Assembly: GCA_964616825.1 (NCBI GenBank)
Contig: CAZTSX010000002.1
Coordinates: 149,054 to 213,053, forward strand
Source of the DNA: an uncultured Prolixibacteraceae bacterium
GTDB lineage: Bacteria; Bacteroidota; Bacteroidia; Bacteroidales; FEN-979
Length of the DNA: 64,000 bases
Direction: 5' to 3'
Shown here: positions 9,337-19,339 of the stretch, piece by piece
Layout: each line of letters begins with the position of its first letter
How positions within the stretch are numbered: the stretch's first letter is position 1
The notes under the pieces: generated by a model
The model's input: the letters and a program-made list of their open reading frames with translations, nothing else
The model's database searches: none
Told to the model about the DNA's origin: nothing
Made by a program: the position numbers and the translations under genes

Positions 9337-11286
9337 ATGATCTCCGTTCAAAATCTCTCTGTTCAATTTGGCGGCGAACCATTGTTCGACCATATCTCCT
9401 TTATCATCAATGCGAAGGATAGGATCGGTTTAGTCGGAAAAAATGGAACCGGGAAATCAACCCTGTTAAAGATTATTGACAAGCGACATCATCCCGACGA
9501 GGGAGAAGTGGTTATCCCAAATAGATGCATCATTGGATACCTCGAACAGGAGATGGAGATCCGCAGCGGGAGAACCGTTTACGAAGAGGCGAAGAGTGCT
9601 TTCACGGAGGTAGAGTCTCTGCTTACGAAGATTGGGCAGATGGAGGTGGACCTGGAAAAGAGGAAGGATTTCTCCTCGAAGGAATACCAGCAGCTATTGA
9701 AAAAGCATCATGACACGTATGAAAGATACCACCTGATCGGAGGTCAGTCTGTTGAAGCGGATATTGAGAAAGTCCTCTATGGACTGGGTTTTCTGAAAGC
9801 CGACCTTGGCAGACCTCTCTCTCAATTTAGCAGCGGATGGCAAATGCGTATTGAGATAGCCAAAATTTTGCTTCGGCAGCCAGACCTCATCATGCTCGAT
9901 GAACCTACCAACCATCTGGATATTGAATCCATTCAGTGGCTGGAAGAGTTTTTGATCAACTACCGGGGAGCAGTGATCATCGTTTCACACGACAGAGCTT
10001 TTTTGGATAACGTAACCAAACGAACGGTTGAGATCACCTTCGGAAAGATCTACGATTACCGGGCCAGCTACTCAGAATATATTGTACTGCGTGAGGAACG
10101 GATGGAGAGCCAGCAGGCTGCCTTCAACAATCAACAGCGACAAGTTCGGCAGATCGAGCGGTTCATCGAACGGTTCAGGTATAAGAACACCAAAGCGAAA
10201 CAGGTTCAGTCGCGCGTAAAGATGCTGGAGAAATTAGACGATGTGGAGATTGACCTGATTGATGAATCAACGATCCATTTTTCTTTTCCAACCGCACCAC
10301 ATAGCGGGAAAATTGTTATTGAAGCAATCGGTCTGAGCAAGAGCTATCCCGGTAAAAAGGTGCTGAAAGAGTTGAATTTCAAGTTAATTAAAGGAGACAG
10401 GATTGCATTTGTGGGTCGAAACGGTGAAGGGAAAACAACCCTTTCAAAGATCCTGGCCGGTGATCTGGACGCTACGGGAAAACTGAAATCAGGACACCAG
10501 GTAGTGACTGGCTATTATGCACAGGATCAGGCAGACTATTTGGATCCAAACAAGACTGTTTTCAAGACTATTGATGACATAGCTGTTGGCGATGTGCGAC
10601 CCCGGATCCGGACAATCCTGGGAAGCTTCCTTTTCTCAGGAGAAGATACGGAAAAGAAAGTAAAAGTGCTTTCAGGAGGTGAACGATCACGCCTCTCCCT
10701 GGCTAAACTTTTGCTAACACCCTGCAACCTGCTGATCCTTGATGAGCCGACGAACCACCTTGATATGCGGTCGAAAGATATCCTGAAGAATGCACTGTTA
10801 CAGTTTACCGGAACCCTGATCATCGTTTCGCATGACCGGGATTTTCTGCAGGGATTGACGAACAGGGTTTTTGAGTTCAAAGATCAGGGTATCAAAGAGT
10901 ATATCGGAGACATCTATAGTTTCCTCGGGCAAAGACGGTTGCGAACACTGGCTCAACTGGAGAAAAACGTGAAGACTGAACAGCCAGGACAACAGGCTGA
11001 GCCGGTTTCAACGGGTAAGCAGACATATGAAAAGAAAAAACGGCAGGAACGGGAGGAGAGAAAACTGAAGACTCAGGTCACCCGGTCTGAAACGAAGATC
11101 ACAGCGCTTGAGAAAAAAATAAGTCAGAAAGAGGAGATTCTTGGGGATCCGGAAAGGTTTTCAGAGATCCTGAATGACAGATCGCTATACCATGAATATG
11201 AAATTCTTAAAAAGGAGTTGCAGGAAGAAATGCAACGGTGGGAGATGTTGCATGAGCAGATGGATGCTAGCTTTCCCGATGAATAA
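9337..11286 (+). CDS. ABC-F family ATPase (two ABC cassettes, no membrane domain)
   Basis: Two Walker A motifs (GKNGTGKST, GRNGEGKTT), two signature motifs (FSSGWQMR, LSGGERSR), and a charged coiled-coil C-terminal tail. Confidence 0.9.
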   Translation: MISVQNLSVQFGGEPLFDHISFIINAKDRIGLVGKNGTGKSTLLKIIDKRHHPDEGEVVIPNRCIIGYLEQEMEIRSGRTVYEEAKSAFTEVESLLTKIGQMEVDLEKRKDFSSKEYQQLLKKHHDTYERYHLIGGQSVEADIEKVLYGLGFLKADLGRPLSQFSSGWQMRIEIAKILLRQPDLIMLDEPTNHLDIESIQWLEEFLINYRGAVIIVSHDRAFLDNVTKRTVEITFGKIYDYRASYSEYIVLREERMESQQAAFNNQQRQVRQIERFIERFRYKNTKAKQVQSRVKMLEKLDDVEIDLIDESTIHFSFPTAPHSGKIVIEAIGLSKSYPGKKVLKELNFKLIKGDRIAFVGRNGEGKTTLSKILAGDLDATGKLKSGHQVVTGYYAQDQADYLDPNKTVFKTIDDIAVGDVRPRIRTILGSFLFSGEDTEKKVKVLSGGERSRLSLAKLLLTPCNLLILDEPTNHLDMRSKDILKNALLQFTGTLIIVSHDRDFLQGLTNRVFEFKDQGIKEYIGDIYSFLGQRRLRTLAQLEKNVKTEQPGQQAEPVSTGKQTYEKKKRQEREERKLKTQVTRSETKITALEKKISQKEEILGDPERFSEILNDRSLYHEYEILKKELQEEMQRWEMLHEQMDASFPDE

Positions 11287-12241
11287 TCTCTTTCGACAGC
11301 TTTCGTAAACTACTCTTCCGAGACTCTTTTATTCTTACCTGATCAAGATAAAATATTGCTTCCTTCAGGTACTCTTCGATAATTTCACGAGTGTGGGTGT
11401 CGATCTTCAAAGATCGGTAAATCTCCTGAATCCTGGAGACTTTCTCATCTGAAGCTACTTCATTACCATGAATGAGTCTGTTTAGTTCATCCAGGGTGTC
11501 GGCTGTGGCCAGTTCAAAAGCTTTCAGGTGGAGAAATGTTTTCTTATTGGTGACAATATCCCCGCCGATCTCTTTACCGAACTTGGAAGTTTCACCGAAA
11601 GCATCCAACAGGTCATCCTGCAATTGAAAAGCCATTCCGAGATTCTCCCCGAATTTATAAATATGCTCGGCATCAACCGGATCAGCATAGGCCATGATAG
11701 CGCCTACTTTGACACAGCAGGCAATCAACACAGCTGTTTTTAGGCGTATCATCATGTAGTAATCTTCCAGGGTAACCACCGGCTTTGTTTCAAATTCCAT
11801 GTCGTATTGCTGTCCTTCACACACTTTGCGTGCAGTATCATTGAAGGTAGCCAGAACGTCCGGTAATTTCTCAGAAGATACACGGCAAACATATTCATAG
11901 GCCATCACAAACATCGTATCTCCGGAGAGAATGGCAACATTGGTATCCCACTTCTTATATACTGTTGGAAAACCACGGCGAAGCGGCGCTGCATCCATGA
12001 TATCATCATGCAGAAGGGTGAAATTGTGAAAGATCTCAACCCCCACGGCAGGGGGCATGGCTTCATCCGGGTTGCCGCCAAACATCTCACACGATAGCAG
12101 TACAAGTAAAGGACGGAGCCGCTTCCCCCCCTGCGACAGGGTGTATTCAATGGGATCATACAACTCCTGAGGGACACCAAGAAACTTCCCTTTCGGAAAC
12201 GCTTCCTGAATCTCATTCATCAGCTTTTCAACAGAGCGCAT
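11267..12241 (-). CDS. Polyprenyl diphosphate synthase (trans-isoprenyl diphosphate synthase family)
   Basis: Both Asp-rich motifs are present (LLHDDIMD and FQLQDDLLD). Its 3' end overlaps the ABC-F gene convergently by 20 nt. Confidence 0.9.
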   Translation of the reverse strand: MRSVEKLMNEIQEAFPKGKFLGVPQELYDPIEYTLSQGGKRLRPLLVLLSCEMFGGNPDEAMPPAVGVEIFHNFTLLHDDIMDAAPLRRGFPTVYKKWDTNVAILSGDTMFVMAYEYVCRVSSEKLPDVLATFNDTARKVCEGQQYDMEFETKPVVTLEDYYMMIRLKTAVLIACCVKVGAIMAYADPVDAEHIYKFGENLGMAFQLQDDLLDAFGETSKFGKEIGGDIVTNKKTFLHLKAFELATADTLDELNRLIHGNEVASDEKVSRIQEIYRSLKIDTHTREIIEEYLKEAIFYLDQVRIKESRKSSLRKLSKEIIHRES

Positions 12242-12250
12242 GGTGATTTA

Positions 12251-13120
12251 TTAAGGTAATGAACCGTTCAGCTTCATGAGATATTCTCCATATCCGCTTT
12301 TAACCAATGGTTGTGCGATCTCATGAAGCTGGTCGCGGGTAATGAAATTCATGCGGAAGGCGACCTCTTCAATACAACCGATCTTCAACCCCTGGCGGTT
12401 TTGAACTACCTCTACGAATTGTGCAGCCTGCAGGAGTGATTCAAACGTTCCGGTGTCGAGCCACGCAATGCCACGTCCCAACACACCCACTTTCAGGTTC
12501 CTCCGTTCGAGATAAGCCTGGTTGATATCCGTAATCTCATACTCTCCCCGGGCGCTTGGCGCTATATTTTTAGCGACATCAACTACCGTATTGTCGTAGA
12601 AATAGAGTCCTGGAACAGCATAGTTGGACTTGGGCTGTTTAGGTTTCTCTTCAATTGATAGGGCGTTGAAATTCTGATCAAACTCAACAACTCCATATCG
12701 TTCCGGATCGTGAACATGGTAAGCAAAAACGACCCCTCCATCCGGATCATTGTTAGATTGCATAAGCGGATACAAACCATTTCCGAAGAAGATGTTATCC
12801 CCAAGGATCAGAGCTACTTTCTCGTTTCCGATAAACTCTTCTCCAATCACAAATGCTTGTGCCAGCCCGTTGGGAATAGCTTGTTCAGCATAGGAAAAGC
12901 TACATCCCAGCTGTAGTCCGTTGCCAAGCAATCTCTTGAAATGAGGAAGATCGGATGGTGTTGAAATGATCAATATCTCCCTGATCCCTGCCATCATCAA
13001 TACCGACAATGGGTAGTATATCATTGGCTTGTCGTAAATGGGCATAAGTTGTTTGCTTACAGCAAGCGTAAGAGGATGAAGACGTGTTCCGGCTCCTCCT
13101 GCGAGAATGATACCTTTCAT
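12251..13120 (-). CDS. rfbA: Glucose-1-phosphate thymidylyltransferase
   Basis: N-terminus [18 protein letters not shown] and RmlA-type length and sequence throughout. Confidence 0.93.
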   Translation of the reverse strand: MKGIILAGGAGTRLHPLTLAVSKQLMPIYDKPMIYYPLSVLMMAGIREILIISTPSDLPHFKRLLGNGLQLGCSFSYAEQAIPNGLAQAFVIGEEFIGNEKVALILGDNIFFGNGLYPLMQSNNDPDGGVVFAYHVHDPERYGVVEFDQNFNALSIEEKPKQPKSNYAVPGLYFYDNTVVDVAKNIAPSARGEYEITDINQAYLERRNLKVGVLGRGIAWLDTGTFESLLQAAQFVEVVQNRQGLKIGCIEEVAFRMNFITRDQLHEIAQPLVKSGYGEYLMKLNGSLP

Positions 13121-13150
13121 CTGGATTAATTTTGGATAAAGATAAATATT

Positions 13151-15556
13151 TTATTCGGGTTTGATCTCCTCTTCAAGAGTTATCTCCAGGTCATCGATCT
13201 TGGCATCCTCCCCCTCTTCATCGAGGATATGCAGCATCGGTTTTTCAAACGATTTAGTCGTACTCCATTTATCAAGCGTGAGGATTAGAGAAGGGAGAAC
13301 GAAGAGGTTAAGCAATCCGGCTATCAGTAAGGTGAATGAGATGAGGATTCCGAGTGCCTGGGTGCCTCCGAATTCAGAAAGTACAAAGATCCCGAAACCG
13401 AAGAAGAGAATGGTCGAAGAGTAGATCATGCTGTATCCGGTCTCCTGGAGTGCGGAGATAACCGAATAAGGAATGTTCCGGTTGGAGTGCTTCAACTGGA
13501 GTCGGTACCGCGAGAGGAACTGGATCGAGTTATCCACGGAGATTCCCAGAGCTATGCTGAAAATCAGAATGGTGGATGGCTTTATTGGGATCCCCAGAAA
13601 GCCCATCAAAGCGCCGGTCATCAACTGAGGTATCAGATTGGGAATCAAAGAGATAATGATCATCCTCCAGGAAGTGAAAAGAAAAGCAAGCAGGATAGCG
13701 ATCCCAATGATAGCGATGATAATACTTTCAAAGAGATTGCGGATCAGGAAATTGGTTCCCTTCATAAAGACAATACTGGTTCCGGTAATAGAGACATCGT
13801 ACCGGTTTGGATCAAAGATGGTGTCGATAGTGGATCGAACTTTTTCCTGAATAGTTTGGATCTCTTTAGTGCCCAGATTAGCCATCTGCACACTGATCCG
13901 GGTGACTTGAAAATTGGTGTCAATAAAATTGCTGATGATGGTTCGCTTTTTCGATTTCAACTCAGGGATATAACTTCCCATGAATGTGATCTCATTGGAA
14001 CTTGGAAGATCGTAGAAATTGGGATCTCCACCGTAGAAAGATTGTTTGGCCGACTTGATAACTTCCACGATAGATAACGGTTTTGCCAGTTCAGGATGAG
14101 CTTTGAGAGAGTCCTGCAACCGGTCGATCCGGTTAAGAGCAGATAGTGTCAGGACTCCTTTCTTGCGTTTTGTGTCGATGGTAATCTCCAGGGGCATGAT
14201 CCCTTTGAAGTTCTTCTCAAAGAACATCAGGTCGGTGTAGAGCTTGTTCCTGTGCGGAATGTCATCAACAATCCGGCCACTGGTGGTTAGCCGTGAAGCT
14301 CCGATGATTCCGACAATGATCATGACTCCCAGGATGATATAAATAACATTTCGATACCCTGTCACCCACACCACAGCTTTGTTGATGATCGCCCGGGCAA
14401 TACTCTCTTCCTGATGTTTGACATCTTTCAACCGGGGAGGAGGAAGGTAACTGTAGAAAATCGGCACCAATGTCAGGGAGAGCAGATATACCACCATGAT
14501 GTTAATAGCTGCAATGACGCCGAACTCCACAAGCAGATTATTTTGTGTAATGGTGAACGCAGCAAATCCGATAGCAGTCGATGCATTTGTAAGCAGGTTT
14601 GCATTCCCCACTCGCTGGATAACCCTCGATAACGCTTTTATTTTGTTCTGATGAAGACGGTATTCGTAGTGATACTTATTAAGAAGAAAGATGCAGTTTT
14701 CCACACCGATTACGATCAGAAGAGGAGGAATGATAGCAGTGAGCATCGTGATCTTATACCCAAACAGGCTCATCATCCCCAATGCCCAGATCACACTGAT
14801 CACCACGATGATCATCGGGTAAAGGACGGCTTTAAAGGACCGGAAAAAGATAAATAAAAAGAGTGCAGCTATTGAAAGAGATAACAGCACAAACAGCTTC
14901 ATCTCATCTTCCAGCATTTTGGAGGTCACTGTGCGGATGAATGGAAGCCCGGAGTAGTGAATCTCAGTATTGTATTTTTTCCCAAACGTATTGGTCACCT
15001 CCCTGATCTCGTTGATCAACCCGATACGTTTTTTGGTATTCAGCAACCTGTTATCCAGTGTGACTGCAATAAGGGTCACGCCGGTCTCTTTATTCAGGAC
15101 CAGCCCTTCATAAAACGGAAGGGAGTAGATCAGGTTCTTCAGGGAGTCTATCTGGGCCTGAGAAGAGGGTTTCCTGGGCATGAGCGGCACAAACTCAAAC
15201 TTTTTCAGGGAGTCGTTTTTCACCAGATTATAGAGGCGTGTGATGGATACAACCTCTTCCACGCCGGCGATTAGTTTGATCTTTTCCGAGAGGTCGTACC
15301 AGTCGGAAAACTCACGCATCTGAAACAGATTTGTGTCCTGAATACCGATAAACAGGACACTTCCATCCTCGCCGAACTGCTTTTTGAAATTCTCATAAAT
15401 GATATAGGTCGTGTCGCTGGCCGGCAGGATCCTGGTCATCTCATAAGAGAGCTTCACGTCCCTGCCCATGAATGACATAAAAGCCGTAATGGCAAAGATC
15501 ACGACCAGGATTTGAAGGCGGTTCCGGAGGATTAACCTAACTAGAAATGTCCACAC
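13151..15556 (-). CDS. MMPL/RND-superfamily exporter
   Basis: 801 aa with two blocks of about 6 TM helices separated by large loops. This is typical MMPL topology. Confidence 0.8.
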   Translation of the reverse strand: MWTFLVRLILRNRLQILVVIFAITAFMSFMGRDVKLSYEMTRILPASDTTYIIYENFKKQFGEDGSVLFIGIQDTNLFQMREFSDWYDLSEKIKLIAGVEEVVSITRLYNLVKNDSLKKFEFVPLMPRKPSSQAQIDSLKNLIYSLPFYEGLVLNKETGVTLIAVTLDNRLLNTKKRIGLINEIREVTNTFGKKYNTEIHYSGLPFIRTVTSKMLEDEMKLFVLLSLSIAALFLFIFFRSFKAVLYPMIIVVISVIWALGMMSLFGYKITMLTAIIPPLLIVIGVENCIFLLNKYHYEYRLHQNKIKALSRVIQRVGNANLLTNASTAIGFAAFTITQNNLLVEFGVIAAINIMVVYLLSLTLVPIFYSYLPPPRLKDVKHQEESIARAIINKAVVWVTGYRNVIYIILGVMIIVGIIGASRLTTSGRIVDDIPHRNKLYTDLMFFEKNFKGIMPLEITIDTKRKKGVLTLSALNRIDRLQDSLKAHPELAKPLSIVEVIKSAKQSFYGGDPNFYDLPSSNEITFMGSYIPELKSKKRTIISNFIDTNFQVTRISVQMANLGTKEIQTIQEKVRSTIDTIFDPNRYDVSITGTSIVFMKGTNFLIRNLFESIIIAIIGIAILLAFLFTSWRMIIISLIPNLIPQLMTGALMGFLGIPIKPSTILIFSIALGISVDNSIQFLSRYRLQLKHSNRNIPYSVISALQETGYSMIYSSTILFFGFGIFVLSEFGGTQALGILISFTLLIAGLLNLFVLPSLILTLDKWSTTKSFEKPMLHILDEEGEDAKIDDLEITLEEEIKPE

Positions 15557-15652
15557 AAAGCTTCCGTTTGAGGCGCCAAATTTAAGATTTTATCCGGGAA
15601 TATCGAAGAAAACCACTATTAATCATCCTGAAGTCTTAATTTTGTGATTGGG

Positions 15653-16603
15653 ATGGAAAAACCAGGAGATACGATCCTGCTTATTGATCAGGTGCATCCG
15701 TTGATTCAAAAGGAATTGACCAGTCATGGCTTTTCCTGTGAACAGTTTTCAGGAGAGAGCCGGGAGGATCTGAAGGCGGTTATCGGCAACTATTTCGGGG
15801 TGATCATCCGGAGCCGGTTCAGGCTCGATCGCGAGATCCTGGAGAAAGCGAAGAAGTTGAAATTCATTGGCCGGGTTGGATCAGGTCTGGAGAACATAGA
15901 TGTATCCTATGCATTGCAATCGGGGATCACCTGCCTCAACTCACCCGAAGGCAACCGGGTAGCGGTTGGTGAACATGCTTCAGGGATGTTGCTGTCGTTA
16001 TTCAATCAGCTGAACCGGGCCGACAGGGAGGTGCGTCAGGGAATCTGGAACCGGGAAGGGAACCGGGGTATTGAGATCCAGGGGAAAACGATCGGAATCA
16101 TTGGTTATGGCAATACCGGAAGCGCATTTGCCCGGTGTTTGAAGGGATTTGATGCCAATGTGATCTCTTATGATAAATACAAATCCAATTTCCGTGATGA
16201 CGTTACCGAAGAAGTCTCGATGGACGAGATCTTCTCAACTGCAGATGTCCTGAGCCTTCATGTTCCCCTCACGGATGAAACCCGGTATCTGGTTGATACT
16301 CCATACCTGAACCGATTCAATAAAAAGATTCTTCTGATCAATACCTCGCGGGGTAACGTAGTAAATACAGGGGATCTGGTTACTGCTTTGAAATCGGGGA
16401 AAGTGATGGGGGCGGCGCTGGATGTGTTGGAATATGAAGCGGATTCATTTGAGGCTCTCTCATCAGACCTGCCGGATGACCTTAACTACCTGATGGCATC
16501 AGACAAAGTGATCCTTTCGCCTCACATCGCCGGCTGGACCAACGAGTCGAACATTAAACTGGCAGAAGTGTTAGTAGAGAAGATCCTTGCGAAATTCAAA
16601 TAA
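15653..16603 (+). CDS. D-isomer-specific 2-hydroxyacid dehydrogenase (phosphoglycerate dehydrogenase-like)
   Basis: NAD-binding motif GIIGYGNTGSAFA and the catalytic-region pattern SRG...D / SPHIAGWT. An ATG at 15653 is preferred over the GTG at 15644. Confidence 0.85.
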   Translation: MEKPGDTILLIDQVHPLIQKELTSHGFSCEQFSGESREDLKAVIGNYFGVIIRSRFRLDREILEKAKKLKFIGRVGSGLENIDVSYALQSGITCLNSPEGNRVAVGEHASGMLLSLFNQLNRADREVRQGIWNREGNRGIEIQGKTIGIIGYGNTGSAFARCLKGFDANVISYDKYKSNFRDDVTEEVSMDEIFSTADVLSLHVPLTDETRYLVDTPYLNRFNKKILLINTSRGNVVNTGDLVTALKSGKVMGAALDVLEYEADSFEALSSDLPDDLNYLMASDKVILSPHIAGWTNESNIKLAEVLVEKILAKFK

Positions 16604-16607
16604 TGGA

Positions 16608-16688
16608 ACACGGATGACACGGATAAGACGAATTATCGCTGATTTGTAATCCGTGTAAATTCGCGATTTATCAGCGTAATCAGCGTGC
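16608..16688. repeat. Drifting tandem array with a period of about 9-10 bp, containing inverted words
   Basis: The sequence reads ACACGGATG ACACGGATA AGACGAATT ... TGTAATCCG TGTAAATTCG CGATTTATCAG CGTAATCAG CGTGC. CACGGAT pairs with ATCCGTG, and CGCTGAT pairs with ATCAGCG. Confidence 0.7.
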
Positions 16689-16746
16689 TATTTTTTGGTT
16701 GGATAAAAGATGAAAAAGCAATAAGTTTGTCAAAAAATTGATCCGG

Positions 16747-17985
16747 ATGAAACAGAAAACCAAGCTTTTCAAGGGAAAAACATTAGCAATACTATCCGGT
16801 GGTGGGGATACGCCGGCAGTCAACTCAAGCATCGAAGCGATTCGTAACAGGGCATCGTTATTGGGCTTCAACGTATATGGAATTCGGAAGGGATGGAAAG
16901 GGATGTTAGATGACGGGGATGTTATAGACTTATCCCATCAACCTTACGATGGCTGGTATGGCGGGACAGCCTTACGGTCGAGCCGTACGAACCCTTTTCC
17001 TTCGAAGAAAAATCCGGAAAGCAGGGTGCCCCAGGTGTTGCGGAATCTTGAACGATACAAGATTGATGTGCTTGTAACCATTGGAGGGGATGACACAAAC
17101 GGAGCTGCAAAAAGGTTATACGAAACGGAAGGCATTCCGGTAATTGGTTTTCCGAAGACCATCGACAACGATCTGCGCACCCGAACCATGCATCATTACA
17201 AGGGGAGGGAGATCGAAGCAGTGCTTTGTCCGGGTTTCCCTTCTGCTGCCAAGGCTGTCGCTGAATTTGCAGCTAAACTCAAAACAACTGCAGAGTCGCA
17301 CTCCCGTATCATCGTGATGGAGGTAATGGGCCGGGATGCAGGCTGGCTGACAGGTTCCGCTATCTTCGGAGGAGCTGGCCCGCTTGCGCTGATACCTGAA
17401 GTTGAAATAACCAAAGAGCGGAAAGAATCTTTCTTTGAATCTGTCAAAGAGAGTTACATGAGTTCACCGAAGAGGTGTCTCATCATCCCTGTTTCTGAAG
17501 GCGTCAGATGGTTTGACGACAAATCCGGGAAGGTAGATGTGGTTTATGCAAGCTCTGAGGTTGATGAATACGGCCATCCCCGGTTTGGCGGGATCAGCGG
17601 AGTCATCGCTTCCGAGATATCTAAACGGCTGGGGATCGAAGCACGGGCCCAGAGTACAGGCTACTATGCCCGGTCGGGACCGTGTCGCTTGTATGACAGA
17701 AGATTGACCCAAACCCTTGCCGATAAAGTGGCAGATCTGTTGATCCGTGAAGAGTTTGGTATGATGCCTGTGATGAAGACTCTCGTTCCTTTTGTGGAAC
17801 TTGAAGAATTCAACACATCGGCAATCGACATGGGGAAGGTAGGGAACAAACCACTCTCTGAAGATTATTTCGATGCCGGCGCCTTTTCATTTACCGGTGC
17901 ATACTGGAATTTTCTGGAGAGGGTGATGGAGAAACCTGAATTTGATGATTTTCTATACGAATTTCCAATAGTGGTTCCGGATTAA
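16747..17985 (+). CDS. pfp: 6-phosphofructokinase, probably pyrophosphate-dependent
   Basis: PFK-A family motifs are present. GGDDT (Asp where ATP-PFKs have GGDGS) and PKTIDND (Lys where ATP-PFKs have Gly) are the two classical PPi-specificity markers. Confidence 0.8.
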   Translation: MKQKTKLFKGKTLAILSGGGDTPAVNSSIEAIRNRASLLGFNVYGIRKGWKGMLDDGDVIDLSHQPYDGWYGGTALRSSRTNPFPSKKNPESRVPQVLRNLERYKIDVLVTIGGDDTNGAAKRLYETEGIPVIGFPKTIDNDLRTRTMHHYKGREIEAVLCPGFPSAAKAVAEFAAKLKTTAESHSRIIVMEVMGRDAGWLTGSAIFGGAGPLALIPEVEITKERKESFFESVKESYMSSPKRCLIIPVSEGVRWFDDKSGKVDVVYASSEVDEYGHPRFGGISGVIASEISKRLGIEARAQSTGYYARSGPCRLYDRRLTQTLADKVADLLIREEFGMMPVMKTLVPFVELEEFNTSAIDMGKVGNKPLSEDYFDAGAFSFTGAYWNFLERVMEKPEFDDFLYEFPIVVPD

Positions 17986-17987
17986 TA

Positions 17988-19283
17988 TCAACCTCTTTGG
18001 GGTGGGTCCTGAACCACGAATTGGATCGTGTTCCTTGATTTTTGCTCCAGAAGGATATTCCGGCCTGAAGTAATCCGCTGAACCGCCTCATCAGTATAAT
18101 GCCTGATGGTGTATAATTCAAGCCCATCGTTATATCGTACCTCAAACGTTTTCTGTAGCTCCCTGATCAATGGTGCGATCCTGACAGGATCATTATCAAC
18201 ACATATGGAGAAGCTGATTGCCGAATTTTGTGTAACATTTGCTTTTACATGCAGGCTGGCCAGGATCGTAAAAATATGACTCAGGTTCTCTTCCACGATA
18301 AATGAAAAGTCACGTGGCGAGATCGAGATCAAAACCTGATTCTCCTTCCGGATAAAAATGGGTGTGCTGATCTTCCACTCCTGCATATTTTTAACCAGTG
18401 TTCCCTCCTCCTCCGGATGGTGAAAACTCCTTACATCCAGCGTAATGTTAGCATTCTCAAGCGGCTTGATGGTTTTGGGGTGAAATATCTTGGCTCCGTA
18501 GTAAGCGAGTTCAATTGCTTCCAGAAACGAAAGTGTGTCCAGTTTTTCAGGATCATCGAACCATATCGGATCCGCATTCAGTACACCGGGAACATCTTTC
18601 CAAATAGTCACTTTTTTCACACGCATACAATATCCGATGACGGCAGCTGTAAAATCAGATCCCTCTCTCCCCAGGGTCGTAGGTTTCCCTTCCGGAGATC
18701 TGCCGATAAAACCTTGTGTCAGACCTATGCTCCCTCTCTTCTCCTGGAAAAAAGTAAAGAGCTGTTTTTGAATGGCCAACTGTGTCTTTTTCCAATCAAT
18801 ACTGGCATCGCGGAAGGAATTGTCGGTATGAAGGATGGAGGTGGCATCAAACACCCTGACCGCTAAACCTTCCAACGTGAGATAGTGATAGAGAATGGTT
18901 GTGGAGAAGATCTCTCCTAAGCTGACAACCCGATCATATGTCTCATCATAACCTGTTGCTCGATCCTGCCGGAGAATCCTTTGCAACGTTTCAAATTGGC
19001 TCTCTATTTCTGTAAAAACAGGATGTGTTTTATCCCCGAAAAGTTCGTTGACGATAGCCAGATGATACGCTTTCACCTGATTATACTCCTCAACCATCGA
19101 ATCAGCATCTTCCTCCATGTAATGATGAAGCATCCGTTCCATGGCGTTGGTTGTCTTTCCCAATGCGGAGAGGATCAGCATCATCGATTTTCCGGGAAAC
19201 CGATCAAGAACCCGTGCAACATTCCGAATCCCATCTGCCGAATTAACAGAGGCGCCTCCGAATTTAAAGACTTCTACGTTCAT
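17988..19283 (-). CDS. lysC: Aspartate kinase
   Basis: N-terminus VFKFGGASV, amino-acid kinase fold, and a C-terminal ACT-like region. Confidence 0.9.
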   Translation of the reverse strand: MNVEVFKFGGASVNSADGIRNVARVLDRFPGKSMMLILSALGKTTNAMERMLHHYMEEDADSMVEEYNQVKAYHLAIVNELFGDKTHPVFTEIESQFETLQRILRQDRATGYDETYDRVVSLGEIFSTTILYHYLTLEGLAVRVFDATSILHTDNSFRDASIDWKKTQLAIQKQLFTFFQEKRGSIGLTQGFIGRSPEGKPTTLGREGSDFTAAVIGYCMRVKKVTIWKDVPGVLNADPIWFDDPEKLDTLSFLEAIELAYYGAKIFHPKTIKPLENANITLDVRSFHHPEEEGTLVKNMQEWKISTPIFIRKENQVLISISPRDFSFIVEENLSHIFTILASLHVKANVTQNSAISFSICVDNDPVRIAPLIRELQKTFEVRYNDGLELYTIRHYTDEAVQRITSGRNILLEQKSRNTIQFVVQDPPQRG

Positions 19284-19339
19284 CGTGTTACAAACCTACG
19301 TGAAAAATATTATTTTCGCAACCCTCTCTTTTTGTACCT

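Noticed and set aside
11267-11286. 20-nt convergent overlap of the ABC-F and polyprenyl synthase 3' ends, considered as a regulatory feature.
   Set aside because: Short convergent overlaps are common, and both C-termini look native. Nothing suggests function beyond compact packing.
19284-19339. Lysine riboswitch upstream of lysC.
   Set aside because: Only 56 nt separate lysC from the divergent mfd gene. That is too short for an L-box, and no conserved helices are visible.
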